Below the pieces are notes generated by a model, which had not been told where the DNA came from, did no database searches, and was given only the letters and a program-made list of their open reading frames with translations. From an uncultured Solirubrobacterales bacterium (lineage in GTDB: Bacteria > Actinomycetota > Thermoleophilia > Solirubrobacterales > 70-9), in contig CAWCIP010000016.1 in NCBI GenBank assembly GCA_963795665.1, forward strand, positions 15,930 through 79,929: a stretch of 64,000 bases of DNA, in the 5' to 3' direction. Below, one piece after another: positions 46,091-55,872 of the stretch. The number at the start of each line of letters is the position of its first letter. The stretch's first letter is position 1. Both the position numbers and the translations under genes were made by a program.

Positions 46091-47976
46091 GTCCGACCGA
46101 CGAGAAGGTGGCCCAGAGCGCGGCGATGCCGTCGCCGTTTCCGCCGATCGCGGACTACGCCTTCCTCTCCAACTGCCACACCGGCGCCCTGGTGGCGCCG
46201 GACGGAGCGATCGACTGGCTCTGCGTGCCGCGGTTCGACTCGCCCAGCATCTTCGGGACGCTGCTCGATCGCGAGGCCGGCTCCTTCCGCTTCGGGCCCT
46301 TTGGAATCAACGTCCCGAGCAGCCGGATCTACGAGCCCGGCACCAACATCCTCAACACGACCTGGCACACCCCGACGGGCTGGGCCATGGTGCGCGACGC
46401 CCTGACCATCGGGCCCACCGAGCACAAGGACGAGATCACTCCCCACACGCGAGCGCCCGCGGACGAGGACGCCCACCACCTGCTCGTGAGAGTGGTGCTC
46501 TGCATGGAGGGCTCGGTCGACATGGAGCTGCTCTGCGAGCCAGACTTCGACTACGGGCGCGTGCCCGCCGACTGGACGCTGCAGGGAGACCACACCGCCG
46601 ACGCGAGCGGGGCCGGGGTCAACGTGAGGCTTCGCAGCAGCATGCCGCTCGGGGCCGAGGGACAGGTGGCGCAGGCGCGGCACACGCTCCAGAAGGGAGA
46701 GCAGGCGTTCTGCTCGCTTTCCTGGGCCGAGGAACTCGCGTCGCCGGAGGACATGGATCACGCCAACGCTCGCATCAGCGAGACCGCCAACTACTGGCGC
46801 ACCTGGGTCTCCAAGGCGCGGATGCCGGACCACCGCTTCCGCGAGGCGATTGCGCGCTCGGCGCTCGCGATCAAGGGACTGACGTACATGCCCACCGGCG
46901 CGACCGTGGCGGCCCTGACGACCTCGCTGCCGGAGACGCCGGGAGGAGAGCGCAACTGGGACTACCGCTTCACCTGGATCAGGGACTCGACCTTCACGCT
47001 CCAGGCCCTTCATTACCTGAACCTGGACTGGGAGGCCAACGAGTTCATGCAGTTCATCGGCGAGCTTGAGCCGAACGACGACGGCGGGCTCCAGATCATG
47101 TACGGCATCGATGGCCGGCGGGACCTCACCGAGACGACTCGGGATGATCTCTCGGGATACGCGGGAGCATCGCCCGTGCGGGTAGGAAATGGCGCCTTCG
47201 ACCAGCGCCAGAACGACGTCTTCGGCGCCGCTCTCGACTCGATCCTGCTCCACAGCCACCGGAGCCAGCGGCTCCCCCGCGGGCTCTGGCCCGTGGTACA
47301 GGCCCAGGCGGAGGGCGCGACGAAGGTCTGGAAGAAGCCTGACCAGGGGATCTGGGAGGCGCGGGGCAAGCCCCAGCACTATGTCTCCTCCAAGCTGATG
47401 TGCTGGGTTGCGATGGACCGCGCCTCGAAGCTCGGGGAGATCCGAGGGGACTCGAAGCTCCAGGCGAAGTGGGGGGACATCGCGGAGGAGATCCGCAAGG
47501 ACATCCTCGAGAACGGCGTCCAGGGCGGTGTCCTGCGCCAGCACTACGACACCGACGCGCTCGACGCCTCGACGCTGTTGGCCGCCATCTTCGGTTTCCT
47601 GCCGGGCGATGACAAGGTGCTCCGCAAGAGCGTGCTGGCGATCGCGGACGACCTCACCGAGGACGGCTTCGTGCTCCGCTACGTCACTGGGCAGACGGAC
47701 GACGGGCTGTCCGGGAAGGAGGGCAGCTTCCTGATCTGCTCCTTCTGGCTGGTCTCGGGCCTTGCGATCATCGGCGAGCACCAGCGGGCGCGGGATCTGA
47801 TGGACCGGCTGCTTCGCATCTCCTCCCCGCTCGGCCTCTATGCCGAGGAGTTCGACACCAGCACGGGCCGCCACCTGGGGAATTTCCCCCAGGCCTTCTC
47901 GCACCTCGCCTTGATCGAGGCCGCGGCACGAATCATCATGAGTGAGCGTCTCAAGGAGTTCGGAGTGAACGTGTGA
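46087..47976 (+). CDS. glycoside hydrolase family 15 (glucoamylase/trehalase-like)
   Basis: GTGA overlap with the upstream stop (alternative ATG 46126). IADYAFLSNCHTGALVAPDGAIDWLCVPRFDSPSIF is a typical GH15 N-terminus. NWDYRFTWIRDS. Confidence 0.85.
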   Translation: MSPTDEKVAQSAAMPSPFPPIADYAFLSNCHTGALVAPDGAIDWLCVPRFDSPSIFGTLLDREAGSFRFGPFGINVPSSRIYEPGTNILNTTWHTPTGWAMVRDALTIGPTEHKDEITPHTRAPADEDAHHLLVRVVLCMEGSVDMELLCEPDFDYGRVPADWTLQGDHTADASGAGVNVRLRSSMPLGAEGQVAQARHTLQKGEQAFCSLSWAEELASPEDMDHANARISETANYWRTWVSKARMPDHRFREAIARSALAIKGLTYMPTGATVAALTTSLPETPGGERNWDYRFTWIRDSTFTLQALHYLNLDWEANEFMQFIGELEPNDDGGLQIMYGIDGRRDLTETTRDDLSGYAGASPVRVGNGAFDQRQNDVFGAALDSILLHSHRSQRLPRGLWPVVQAQAEGATKVWKKPDQGIWEARGKPQHYVSSKLMCWVAMDRASKLGEIRGDSKLQAKWGDIAEEIRKDILENGVQGGVLRQHYDTDALDASTLLAAIFGFLPGDDKVLRKSVLAIADDLTEDGFVLRYVTGQTDDGLSGKEGSFLICSFWLVSGLAIIGEHQRARDLMDRLLRISSPLGLYAEEFDTSTGRHLGNFPQAFSHLALIEAAARIIMSERLKEFGVNV

Positions 47977-49526
47977 GCGATTACGACGTGATCGTGATCG
48001 GCAGCGGCGCCGGCGGTGGCACCCTGGTCCACCAGCTCGCGCCTTCCGGAAAGCGGATCCTGCTGCTGGAGAGAGGAGACTTCCTTCCCCGCGAGCCGCA
48101 GAACTGGCTTGCACAGGACGTCTTCGTCGACGGCCGCTACCAGTCGGAGGACACCTGGTACGACGAGGACGGCAAGGAGTTCGCGCCGCAGGTCCACTAC
48201 TTCGTCGGCGGCGCGACGAAGATGTACGGTGCCGCGCTCTACCGCCTGCGAGCGGAGGACTACGGCGAGATCAAGCACGCCGACGGGGTCTCGCCCGCTT
48301 GGCCCATCTCGTACGAGGAGATGGAGCCCTTCTACACCAGGGCAGAGCAGCTGTACGAAGTGCGGGGCGCCCGAGGTGAGGACCCGACGGAGCCGCCGGC
48401 GAGCGCGCCCTATCCGCACCCGGCCGTGTCGCACGAGCCGCGAATCCAGCAGCTGGCGGACGATCTGGCCGCCGCCGGGTACGAGCCGTTTCACGCTCCC
48501 TGCGGTGTCCTGCTCGACGAGGACAACATGCCGTACAGCCGCTGCGTGCGCTGCCAGGACTGCGACGGGTTCCCCTGCCTCGTTCACGCCAAGTCCGACG
48601 CCGAGGTGATGGCCGTGCGGCCGGCGCTCGAGCACGACAATGTCACCCTGCTCACCAACACCATCGCGCAGTCGCTGAAGACGAACGCCGACGGCACCGC
48701 GGTGACCGATGTCCTCGTCGAGCGCGACGGCCAGACCGAGACGCACAGCGCGGACATCGTCGTGGTCTCATGCGGGGCAGCCAACTCGGCCAGGCTGCTG
48801 CTCGCCTCGGCCACCGACAAGCACCCGAACGGGTTGGCAAACGGATCCGACCAGGTGGGCCGCAACTACATGTTCCACAACAGCCAGGCCGTGCTCGCCC
48901 TCTCGAAGGAGCCCAACCCGACCGTCTTCCAGAAGACACTCGGCCTCAACGACTTCTACCTGGCGGGCAAGGAGTTCGATCACCCGCTCGGCAACATCCA
49001 GATGGTCGGCAAGTCACAGGCTCCGATGTTCCGCGGGGAGAAGCCGGGAGAGACGAAGTTCGCCCCGGATTGGTCGCTTGGGACAGTCGCCGACCATGCG
49101 GTGGACTTCTGGCTCTCGACCGAGGATCTGCCGAAGCCCGAGAACCGCGTCACGCTGGCCGACGACGGGCGGGTGAAGATCGCGTACGGCTACTCGAACG
49201 AGGGGCCGAAGAAGGAGCTCTACGAGAAGCTCAAGTCGATGCTGGGCGGTATCGGCATGCACGAGGGCCACCTGCTCCCGCATCACGCGTATCTGAAGAA
49301 CGAGATCCCAGTCGCCGGAGTGGCCCACCAGGCGGGCACCTGCCGCTTCGGCGCCGACCCCGCCGACTCGGTTCTGGACACGAACTGCAAGGCGCACGAG
49401 CTCGACAACCTCTACGTGGTCGACACCAGCTTCTTCCCGAGCATCGGCGCGGTGAACCCGGCGCTGACGGCGATGGCGAACGCGATCCGCGTCGGCGACC
49501 ACCTGCTGGAGCGTCTCGGCGGGTAG
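47973..49526 (+). CDS. GMC family oxidoreductase
   Basis: YDVIVIGSGAGGG FAD fold. C-terminal HQAGTCRFG...YVVDTSFFPS. Confidence 0.88.
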   Translation: MSDYDVIVIGSGAGGGTLVHQLAPSGKRILLLERGDFLPREPQNWLAQDVFVDGRYQSEDTWYDEDGKEFAPQVHYFVGGATKMYGAALYRLRAEDYGEIKHADGVSPAWPISYEEMEPFYTRAEQLYEVRGARGEDPTEPPASAPYPHPAVSHEPRIQQLADDLAAAGYEPFHAPCGVLLDEDNMPYSRCVRCQDCDGFPCLVHAKSDAEVMAVRPALEHDNVTLLTNTIAQSLKTNADGTAVTDVLVERDGQTETHSADIVVVSCGAANSARLLLASATDKHPNGLANGSDQVGRNYMFHNSQAVLALSKEPNPTVFQKTLGLNDFYLAGKEFDHPLGNIQMVGKSQAPMFRGEKPGETKFAPDWSLGTVADHAVDFWLSTEDLPKPENRVTLADDGRVKIAYGYSNEGPKKELYEKLKSMLGGIGMHEGHLLPHHAYLKNEIPVAGVAHQAGTCRFGADPADSVLDTNCKAHELDNLYVVDTSFFPSIGAVNPALTAMANAIRVGDHLLERLGG

Positions 49527-49549
49527 GCGGGACGGGCTCGCCAGAGACC

Positions 49550-50920
49550 GTGGCGACGGATTCCCATCGAGTGGTGGTTGTGGGTGGAGGCTTCGGCGGC
49601 CTGTTCGCCGCCCGCACGCTGCGCCGAGCTCCGGTCCAGATAACGCTGGTGGACCGGATCAACCACCATCTCTTCCAGCCGCTTCTCTACCAGGTCGCGA
49701 CAGGGATCCTCTCGGAGGGGGAAATCGCTCCGCCGCTGCGGGGAGTCGTGCACCGTCACCGGAACATCGAGGTCGAGCTGGCCGAGGTGAACGGCTTCGA
49801 CCTGGAGGCCCGGAAGGTGACGGCGATGGGGCCCGACGGCCGGCCTCTCGAGTTCCCTTACGACAGCCTGATCGTCGCCGGCGGGGCCGGGCAGTCGTAC
49901 TTCGGCCATGACGAGTTCTCGCGCTGGGCTCCAGGAATGAAGACGATCAATGACGCTCTCGAGCTCAGGGGCAGGATCCTCGGGGCGTTCGAGATGGCCG
50001 AGCTGGAGCAGGATCCCGAGAAGCAGCAGGAATGGCTCACCTTCGTGGTGGTCGGCGGCGGTCCGACCGGAGTGGAGATCGCGGGCCAGATCGCCGAGCT
50101 GTCGAGACGCGTGCTCACGGACGACTTCCGGAGGGTCGATCCGCGCAACGCCAGGATCATCATCTGCGATGGCGGGAAGCAGGTGCTGGCGACGTTCGGC
50201 GACCGGCTCTCCGGCAAGGCGGCCAAGGGACTCGGGCACCTCGGCGTCGAGCTCCAGATGTCGAGCATCGTCACCGACGTCGACCAGACGGGAGTGGTCG
50301 TCAAGCAGGGGGACGAGGAGCGGCGGATCGGCTGCCACACCAAGGTCTGGGCGGCGGGTGTCGAAGCGTCCCCGCTCGCCCGGATGCTCGGGCAGGCGAC
50401 CGGCGCGGATGTCGACCGCGCCGGGCGGGTCGCGGTTCTCCCCGATTGCACGCTGCCGGGGCATCCTGAGGTGTTCGCGATCGGCGACATGATGTCCCTC
50501 GACGGGCTGCCGGGGGTCGCGGAGGTGGCGATGCAGCAGGGCATCCACGCGTCGAGCACGATCAAGCGGCGGCTCCAGGGCAAGGAGGGGAAGCCGTTCC
50601 GCTACCGCGACCTGGGCAGCATGGCGACCATCTCCCGTTTCCGGGCGGTGGTGAGCTTCAAGGGCATCCGGCTGTCGGGCTTCATCGGCTGGCTCGCCTG
50701 GCTCTTCGTCCACCTGGCATTCCTCACCGGCTTCAAGAACCGTCTGGCGACCTTGCCGAGATGGGCGATCACCTTCATCGGCAACAGCCGCCCCCAGCGC
50801 ACCATCACCATGCAGCAGGTCATCGGGCGCGTCGCCATCGAGCAGGCCGGCGGCCGGCCATTCCTGATGTCGCTGGTCGAGGATGACTCGAAGTCGACGG
50901 AGAGCGAGACGACCGAGTGA
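49550..50920 (+). CDS. ndh: type II NADH dehydrogenase (NDH-2)
   Basis: GTG 49550. VVVVGGGFGG, HLFQPLLYQVATG, VVVGGGPTGVE, AIGD. Confidence 0.88.
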   Translation: MATDSHRVVVVGGGFGGLFAARTLRRAPVQITLVDRINHHLFQPLLYQVATGILSEGEIAPPLRGVVHRHRNIEVELAEVNGFDLEARKVTAMGPDGRPLEFPYDSLIVAGGAGQSYFGHDEFSRWAPGMKTINDALELRGRILGAFEMAELEQDPEKQQEWLTFVVVGGGPTGVEIAGQIAELSRRVLTDDFRRVDPRNARIIICDGGKQVLATFGDRLSGKAAKGLGHLGVELQMSSIVTDVDQTGVVVKQGDEERRIGCHTKVWAAGVEASPLARMLGQATGADVDRAGRVAVLPDCTLPGHPEVFAIGDMMSLDGLPGVAEVAMQQGIHASSTIKRRLQGKEGKPFRYRDLGSMATISRFRAVVSFKGIRLSGFIGWLAWLFVHLAFLTGFKNRLATLPRWAITFIGNSRPQRTITMQQVIGRVAIEQAGGRPFLMSLVEDDSKSTESETTE

Positions 50921-51852
50921 TCGGCACCCGGGGAGTCGACGGATTCGAAGTGCTCACCCTCTCCTCCGAGGACGGCGAGATCGAGGCCGCGTTCGTCCCC
51001 GATGCCGGAATGGTTGGCTGCTCCCTGCTCCATCGCGGTGAGGAGCTGCTCGGCCAGCGCGGCGGCCTGGCCCGATACGTCGCCGACCGCTCGACCATGG
51101 GCATCCCGTTGCTCCACCCCTGGGCCAACCGGGTCGCCGAGAGACGTTTCCGGGTGGCCGGACGGGAGGTCGACCTGTGGGCGCACCCCGGGCTGTACAC
51201 CCTGGGTCCCAAGGGCCTGCCGATCCACGGGCTCCTCGCGGCCGCTGCAGGGTGGCGTGTCGAGCTGCACGAGGACGCGCCGGAGGGTCCCCGCCTTGTG
51301 AGCACCTTCGACTTCGCCGCGCACGAGGACCGGATGGCCGTGTTTCCGTTTCCCCATCAGCTCCAGGTCGAGGCCGGGGTCTCGGATCAGACGCTGACCA
51401 TCGCGACGACGATCCGCGCGTCCGGCGACGTGCCGGTGCCCATCGCCTTCGGGTACCACCCCTACCTCCGGCTGCCGGGGGTGGAGCGAACTGCCTGGCT
51501 CGTCGAGATACCGGTGAGCGAGCGGGTCGTGCTCGACTCCGAGGAGCTCCCCACCGGTGAGCTCGAGCCGGCCGATGTGGCAGCCGGTCCGCTCGGGTCG
51601 AGGACCTTCGACGACGAGTTCGTGGCCCCGGCCGAGCCGTTCGCCCTCGAGGGAGGAGGGCGCCGGATCGAGGTGTCATTTGGCCGGGGCTACCCCTATG
51701 CACAGGTCTACGCGCCGGACGACGACGACGTGATCGCCTTCGAGCCGATGACCGCGCCAACCAACACTCTGGTGAGCGGGCAGGACCTGAACCTGCTGGA
51801 GCCCGGTGAGAGCTATGAGGCGTCGTTCTCGATCAAGGTGACCGACGCGTGA
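50917..51852 (+). CDS. aldose 1-epimerase family protein
   Basis: GTGA overlap. GIPLLHPWANRV, FGYHPYL, FEPMT. Confidence 0.8.
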   Translation: MIGTRGVDGFEVLTLSSEDGEIEAAFVPDAGMVGCSLLHRGEELLGQRGGLARYVADRSTMGIPLLHPWANRVAERRFRVAGREVDLWAHPGLYTLGPKGLPIHGLLAAAAGWRVELHEDAPEGPRLVSTFDFAAHEDRMAVFPFPHQLQVEAGVSDQTLTIATTIRASGDVPVPIAFGYHPYLRLPGVERTAWLVEIPVSERVVLDSEELPTGELEPADVAAGPLGSRTFDDEFVAPAEPFALEGGGRRIEVSFGRGYPYAQVYAPDDDDVIAFEPMTAPTNTLVSGQDLNLLEPGESYEASFSIKVTDA

Positions 51853-52784
51853 CGGAGCAGACCGACATCCAGGTCTCGGCCGACGAGTTCCGTCAGCTCT
51901 TCGATCGGGTCTCGAACTGGGGCCGATGGGGTGCGGATGACGAACGGGGGGCGCTCAACTATCTGACGCCGGAGCTGATCGCCGCCGCCGTCGGCCACGC
52001 GTGCGACGGGCGGACAGTGAGCCTCAGTCGGTCCCTCAATACCGAGCGCGAGCCCGACAACCCAGAGCCGGCCGATCACCACATGACCTTGCTCGGCGCT
52101 CGAGAGCATCCGGAAGGCCTCGCCTTCGCCAAGGACTACATCGGCGTCGACTACCACAACGACTCGCACAGCCACCTCGACGCCCTCTGCCACGTCTCCT
52201 ACGACGACTTGCTCTACAACGGGCGGCCGGCGGACTCGGTCTCGGCCACCGGTGCCACGGTCGAAACGGTCGAGACGTTGAAGGACGGGTTGGTCGGCCG
52301 CGGTGTCCTGCTCGACGTCCCTCGGACTCGCGGGGTCAGCTGGCTGGAGCCGGGCGACAGCGTGCTGCCCGGTGACCTCTCCGAATCGGAGGACCGCCAG
52401 GGGGTGAGGGTGGAGGAGGGCGACATCCTGCTGGTCCGGACAGGGCACGCGACTCGCCTCGACGAGCTGGGGCCCTGGGACACCGCCAGCTCGAAGGCGG
52501 GCCTGCACCCGAGCTGCGTGGAGTTCCTGGCCGAGCGGAGGGTCGCGGCACTCGGCTGTGACGGGAACAGCGACACCGCCCCCAGCTTCACCGAGGGGGT
52601 CGGCTTCCCGATCCACGTCCTCGCGCTGACCGCGATGGGTGTCCACCTGCTCGACTACCTGCAACTCGACGAGCTGGCCCGGGCCTGTGAGCAGGCGGGG
52701 CGCTGGGAATCCCTCTTCGTGGGGGCCCCATTGCGGATCGTCGGGGGCACCGGATCGCCGCTGAACCCGATCGCAATCCTTTGA
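51849..52784 (+). CDS. cyclase family protein (kynurenine-formamidase-like fold)
   Basis: 4-nt overlap. DYHNDSHSHLDALCH metal-site-like motif. Confidence 0.72.
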   Translation: MTEQTDIQVSADEFRQLFDRVSNWGRWGADDERGALNYLTPELIAAAVGHACDGRTVSLSRSLNTEREPDNPEPADHHMTLLGAREHPEGLAFAKDYIGVDYHNDSHSHLDALCHVSYDDLLYNGRPADSVSATGATVETVETLKDGLVGRGVLLDVPRTRGVSWLEPGDSVLPGDLSESEDRQGVRVEEGDILLVRTGHATRLDELGPWDTASSKAGLHPSCVEFLAERRVAALGCDGNSDTAPSFTEGVGFPIHVLALTAMGVHLLDYLQLDELARACEQAGRWESLFVGAPLRIVGGTGSPLNPIAIL

Positions 52785-52821
52785 CGGCCCGTCGCAGGAA
52801 TAGGCTCTGGGGCGAGATCTG

Positions 52822-54216
52822 ATGCCGAGCCTGGTGCCTCTACTAGCGGACTCCTCGTCGAACCTGCTGGCGGCGCGTAGCCAGATGGGCTTCACCCTCG
52901 GCTTCCACATCGTGCTGGCCTGCTTCGGCGTCGCCTTCCCCGCGATGATGCTGATCGCCGAGTGGCGGGGGCGGAAGAGGAACGACGAGGCGGCGCTCCG
53001 GCTGGCGCGCAACTGGTCGAAGGCAGTGGCTGTGATGTTCGCGGTGGGCGCGGTCACCGGCACTGTCCTCTCCTTCGAGTTCGGGCTGCTCTGGCCGCGG
53101 TTCATGGACCGCTTCGGCGACGCTTTCGGCATCGCCTTCGCGATCGAGGGGATCTTCTTCTTCCTCGAGGCGATCTTCATCGCGATCTACATCTACGGCT
53201 GGGACCGCCTCTCGCCGCGCGCCCATATGTGGGCGGCGGTACCGATCGTGATCTCGGGGGTCGGCGGCGCCTTCTCGGTGATCGCGGCCAACTCCTGGAT
53301 GAACCAGCCACAGGGCTTCACCCTCGACAGCGCCGGCAAGGTCACGGACGTCCAGCCGCTACAGGTTCTGACCAACTCGGCCGCCGGCTACGAGTTCGCG
53401 CACATGTTCCTGGCGGCGTACATGGTCACCGGCTTCCTGCTCGCCTCCGTCTACGCCGTCGGCATGCTGCGAGGCAAACGCGACCGCTACCACCGGCTGG
53501 GCGTGATCATCCCCCTGACGGTCGCGGCCATCGCCACCCCCTTCCAGTTCCTGGTCGGCGACACCGCCGCCCGCGCCATCGCCAACGACCAGCCGGCCAA
53601 GTTCGCCGGGATGGAGTGCATCTACAAGGGCGGCCCGGACCAGACCGAGTACCTCGGTGGCCGCTGCGTGGACGGCAAGGTCAAGGGCGGGATCGGGATC
53701 CCGGGACTCGATTCGTACCTGGTCGGGTTCAGCAAGAACACCGACGTCACCGGCCTCAATCAGATCCCCGCCAACGAGCAGCCCCCGGCCCTGACGATGC
53801 TCCACCTCTCCTTCGACACCATGGTGGGCGTCGCGAGCCTGCTGATCCTGCTCGCCGCCTGGTACGCGGTCGTCTGGTTCCGGAAGAAGGACCTGCCTCA
53901 GACGAAGTGGTTCCTCCGGGCTGTCGCGATCTCGGGGGTCGCCACGGTGGTGGCGCTGGAGTGCGGCTGGATCGTCACCGAGGTGGGCCGCCAGCCCTGG
54001 ATCGTGAACGGCTACATGCGCACCTCCCAGGCCGTGACCCCCGCGCAGGGGATCTGGTGGGTGTTCGGCATCACGATGGCGATCTATGCCGCCCTCGGGG
54101 TGATCGCCTTCGTCGTCCTGCGCGGGCTCTCGCGTCGCTGGCAGGCAGGCCAGGGCGAGGGTGAGCTTCCCTACAGCCCGCCGCCTGAGACCCCGCCGAC
54201 CGAGGCTTCGGCATGA
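52822..54216 (+). CDS. cydA: cytochrome bd ubiquinol oxidase subunit I
   Basis: LARSQMGFTLGFHIVLACFGV, EGIFFFLEAIFI, GWIVTEVGRQPW. Confidence 0.93.
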   Translation: MPSLVPLLADSSSNLLAARSQMGFTLGFHIVLACFGVAFPAMMLIAEWRGRKRNDEAALRLARNWSKAVAVMFAVGAVTGTVLSFEFGLLWPRFMDRFGDAFGIAFAIEGIFFFLEAIFIAIYIYGWDRLSPRAHMWAAVPIVISGVGGAFSVIAANSWMNQPQGFTLDSAGKVTDVQPLQVLTNSAAGYEFAHMFLAAYMVTGFLLASVYAVGMLRGKRDRYHRLGVIIPLTVAAIATPFQFLVGDTAARAIANDQPAKFAGMECIYKGGPDQTEYLGGRCVDGKVKGGIGIPGLDSYLVGFSKNTDVTGLNQIPANEQPPALTMLHLSFDTMVGVASLLILLAAWYAVVWFRKKDLPQTKWFLRAVAISGVATVVALECGWIVTEVGRQPWIVNGYMRTSQAVTPAQGIWWVFGITMAIYAALGVIAFVVLRGLSRRWQAGQGEGELPYSPPPETPPTEASA

Positions 54217-55238
54217 GCACCGCCGACGTCTGCGCCGTGATCCTCTGGGCCGGCGTCACCCTGTACGCGATCTTCGGCGGCGCCGACTTCGGCGCCGGCG
54301 TGTGGGACCTCCTCGCCGGGAGCGACCGACCTGAATCGGGTGGCGCTGACGCGCCCCCTCTCGCAAATCGCGTCCGCAGTCAGATCGATCGCTCCATCGG
54401 CCCGGTCTGGGAGGCCAACCACGTCTGGCTGATCTTCGTCCTCGTCGTCCTCTGGACGGCCTTCCCCACCGCCTTCTCGGCGATCATGACCACCGTCTAC
54501 ATCCCGCTGGCGCTCGCCGCCCTCGGGATCGTCCTGCGGGGGTCGGGGTTCGCATTCCGGCACGCCCTGCCTGGACCCGTGCAGAGGCCGGCCACCCGGG
54601 TCTTCGGGTTCGCCTCCCTGCTCACGCCGTTCTTCATGGGGACCGTCGTCGGCGCGATCGCCTCCGGCGAGGTGCCTGCCTCGGGCGACGGCGATCCGAC
54701 CGGGAGCTGGACCGGGTTCCTGCCGCTGGTGACGGGGGTGCTGTTCGTCGTCGTGGCCGCCTATACGGCCGCGATCTTCCTCGTCCGCGACTCCGGGGCG
54801 GCGGGCGAGCAGGACCTCCGCGACTACTTCGCGCGGCGGGCCCTGGTGGCGGCCGTGGTCGCCGGCATTGCGGCCGTCGTCGGCGTCATCGCCCTCCGTC
54901 AGGACGCCCGATTCATCTACGACGGGCTCACCTCATGGCCCGGCATCGCGCTCGTGGTGCTGTCCGGGGTGTGCGGGCTTGCGGCGCTCGGCCTGCTGGT
55001 GACCGGACGTAACCGCGGTCTGCGGGTGGCGGCCGTCGGAGCCGGCGTCACCATGATCTGGGGCTACTTCGCGGCGGCGTTCCCGTACATGCTGCCGACC
55101 TCCCTGAAGATCTCTGACGCGGCCGGAGCCTCCGCGACGCTGACCGAGGTGATCGTGGTCTTCGGGGTCGCTGCCGTCACGGTCGTGCCGTCTCTGATCC
55201 TGCTCTACGCGCTCTCCCAGCGCAGCGCCCTCGAGTAG
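54213..55238 (+). CDS. cydB: cytochrome bd ubiquinol oxidase subunit II
   Basis: ATGA overlap with cydA. GADFGAGVWDL and VWEANHVWLIF motifs. Multi-TM. Confidence 0.9.
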   Translation: MSTADVCAVILWAGVTLYAIFGGADFGAGVWDLLAGSDRPESGGADAPPLANRVRSQIDRSIGPVWEANHVWLIFVLVVLWTAFPTAFSAIMTTVYIPLALAALGIVLRGSGFAFRHALPGPVQRPATRVFGFASLLTPFFMGTVVGAIASGEVPASGDGDPTGSWTGFLPLVTGVLFVVVAAYTAAIFLVRDSGAAGEQDLRDYFARRALVAAVVAGIAAVVGVIALRQDARFIYDGLTSWPGIALVVLSGVCGLAALGLLVTGRNRGLRVAAVGAGVTMIWGYFAAAFPYMLPTSLKISDAAGASATLTEVIVVFGVAAVTVVPSLILLYALSQRSALE

Positions 55239-55248
55239 CGCCTTCGGC

Positions 55249-55872
55249 TCAACTCTCCTTGACCACGGCGTAGACGATGCGCTCGGCGACGTCGATCACG
55301 ACCTCGCTGATCCGGTCGCAGCGGCGGTAGAGCTCTCGGAGCCCGATGCGCTCGCGCATCTCCTCAACCTCCAGCAGCTTGGCCGTGTCGCGGTAGTAGA
55401 CGTGCTCCAGCTCCCGTGCAGTCTTGATCGCCGAGTCGGCGGCCGCCGTCGCCCGGTCATCGTCCTTGCCGAGGTGACCGATTGCGTCGTCGATCTGCCG
55501 GGTCGCCTCCACAATGAAGGGCACCATCTCGGCGATTCCGGAGTCGGGGGTGACGCCCATCGCCTCGGCCTCCTCGACCAGGTCGCGCGCATGGTCGAGG
55601 ATCCAGTCGATGCCGCGGGACAGGGTGAAGACGTCCTCCGGCTCGAGCTGCAGGATGAAGGCCTCGCGCACGGTGTTCAGCACCTCGCGCTTGGCAGTGT
55701 CGCCTCGGGGCTCGGCGTCCCGAACGACCCGGGCGGCCGCAGCATCTCCGCCGGCCCAGGCGGACAGTGCGTCCAGCCCCTCGAGGGTCACCGCCGTCTG
55801 CGCACGAAGAAGCCCGATGACATCGGGCGTTTCCGGCAGAAACCAGCGCCGGTCTCGTCCAGAGCCGCTCAT
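55249..55872 (-). CDS. DUF47 (PhoU-like) phosphate-transport accessory protein
   Basis: ATG 55872 overlaps the PiT stop (ATGA). 207-aa all-helical protein. The pairing with PiT is classic. Confidence 0.8.
   Translation of the reverse strand: MSGSGRDRRWFLPETPDVIGLLRAQTAVTLEGLDALSAWAGGDAAAARVVRDAEPRGDTAKREVLNTVREAFILQLEPEDVFTLSRGIDWILDHARDLVEEAEAMGVTPDSGIAEMVPFIVEATRQIDDAIGHLGKDDDRATAAADSAIKTARELEHVYYRDTAKLLEVEEMRERIGLRELYRRCDRISEVVIDVAERIVYAVVKES

Noticed and set aside
45880-48114. 744-aa minus-strand ORF.
   Set aside because: Antisense to the GH15 gene, which has a clear family N-terminus and NWDYRFTWIRDS. The minus-strand translation is featureless.
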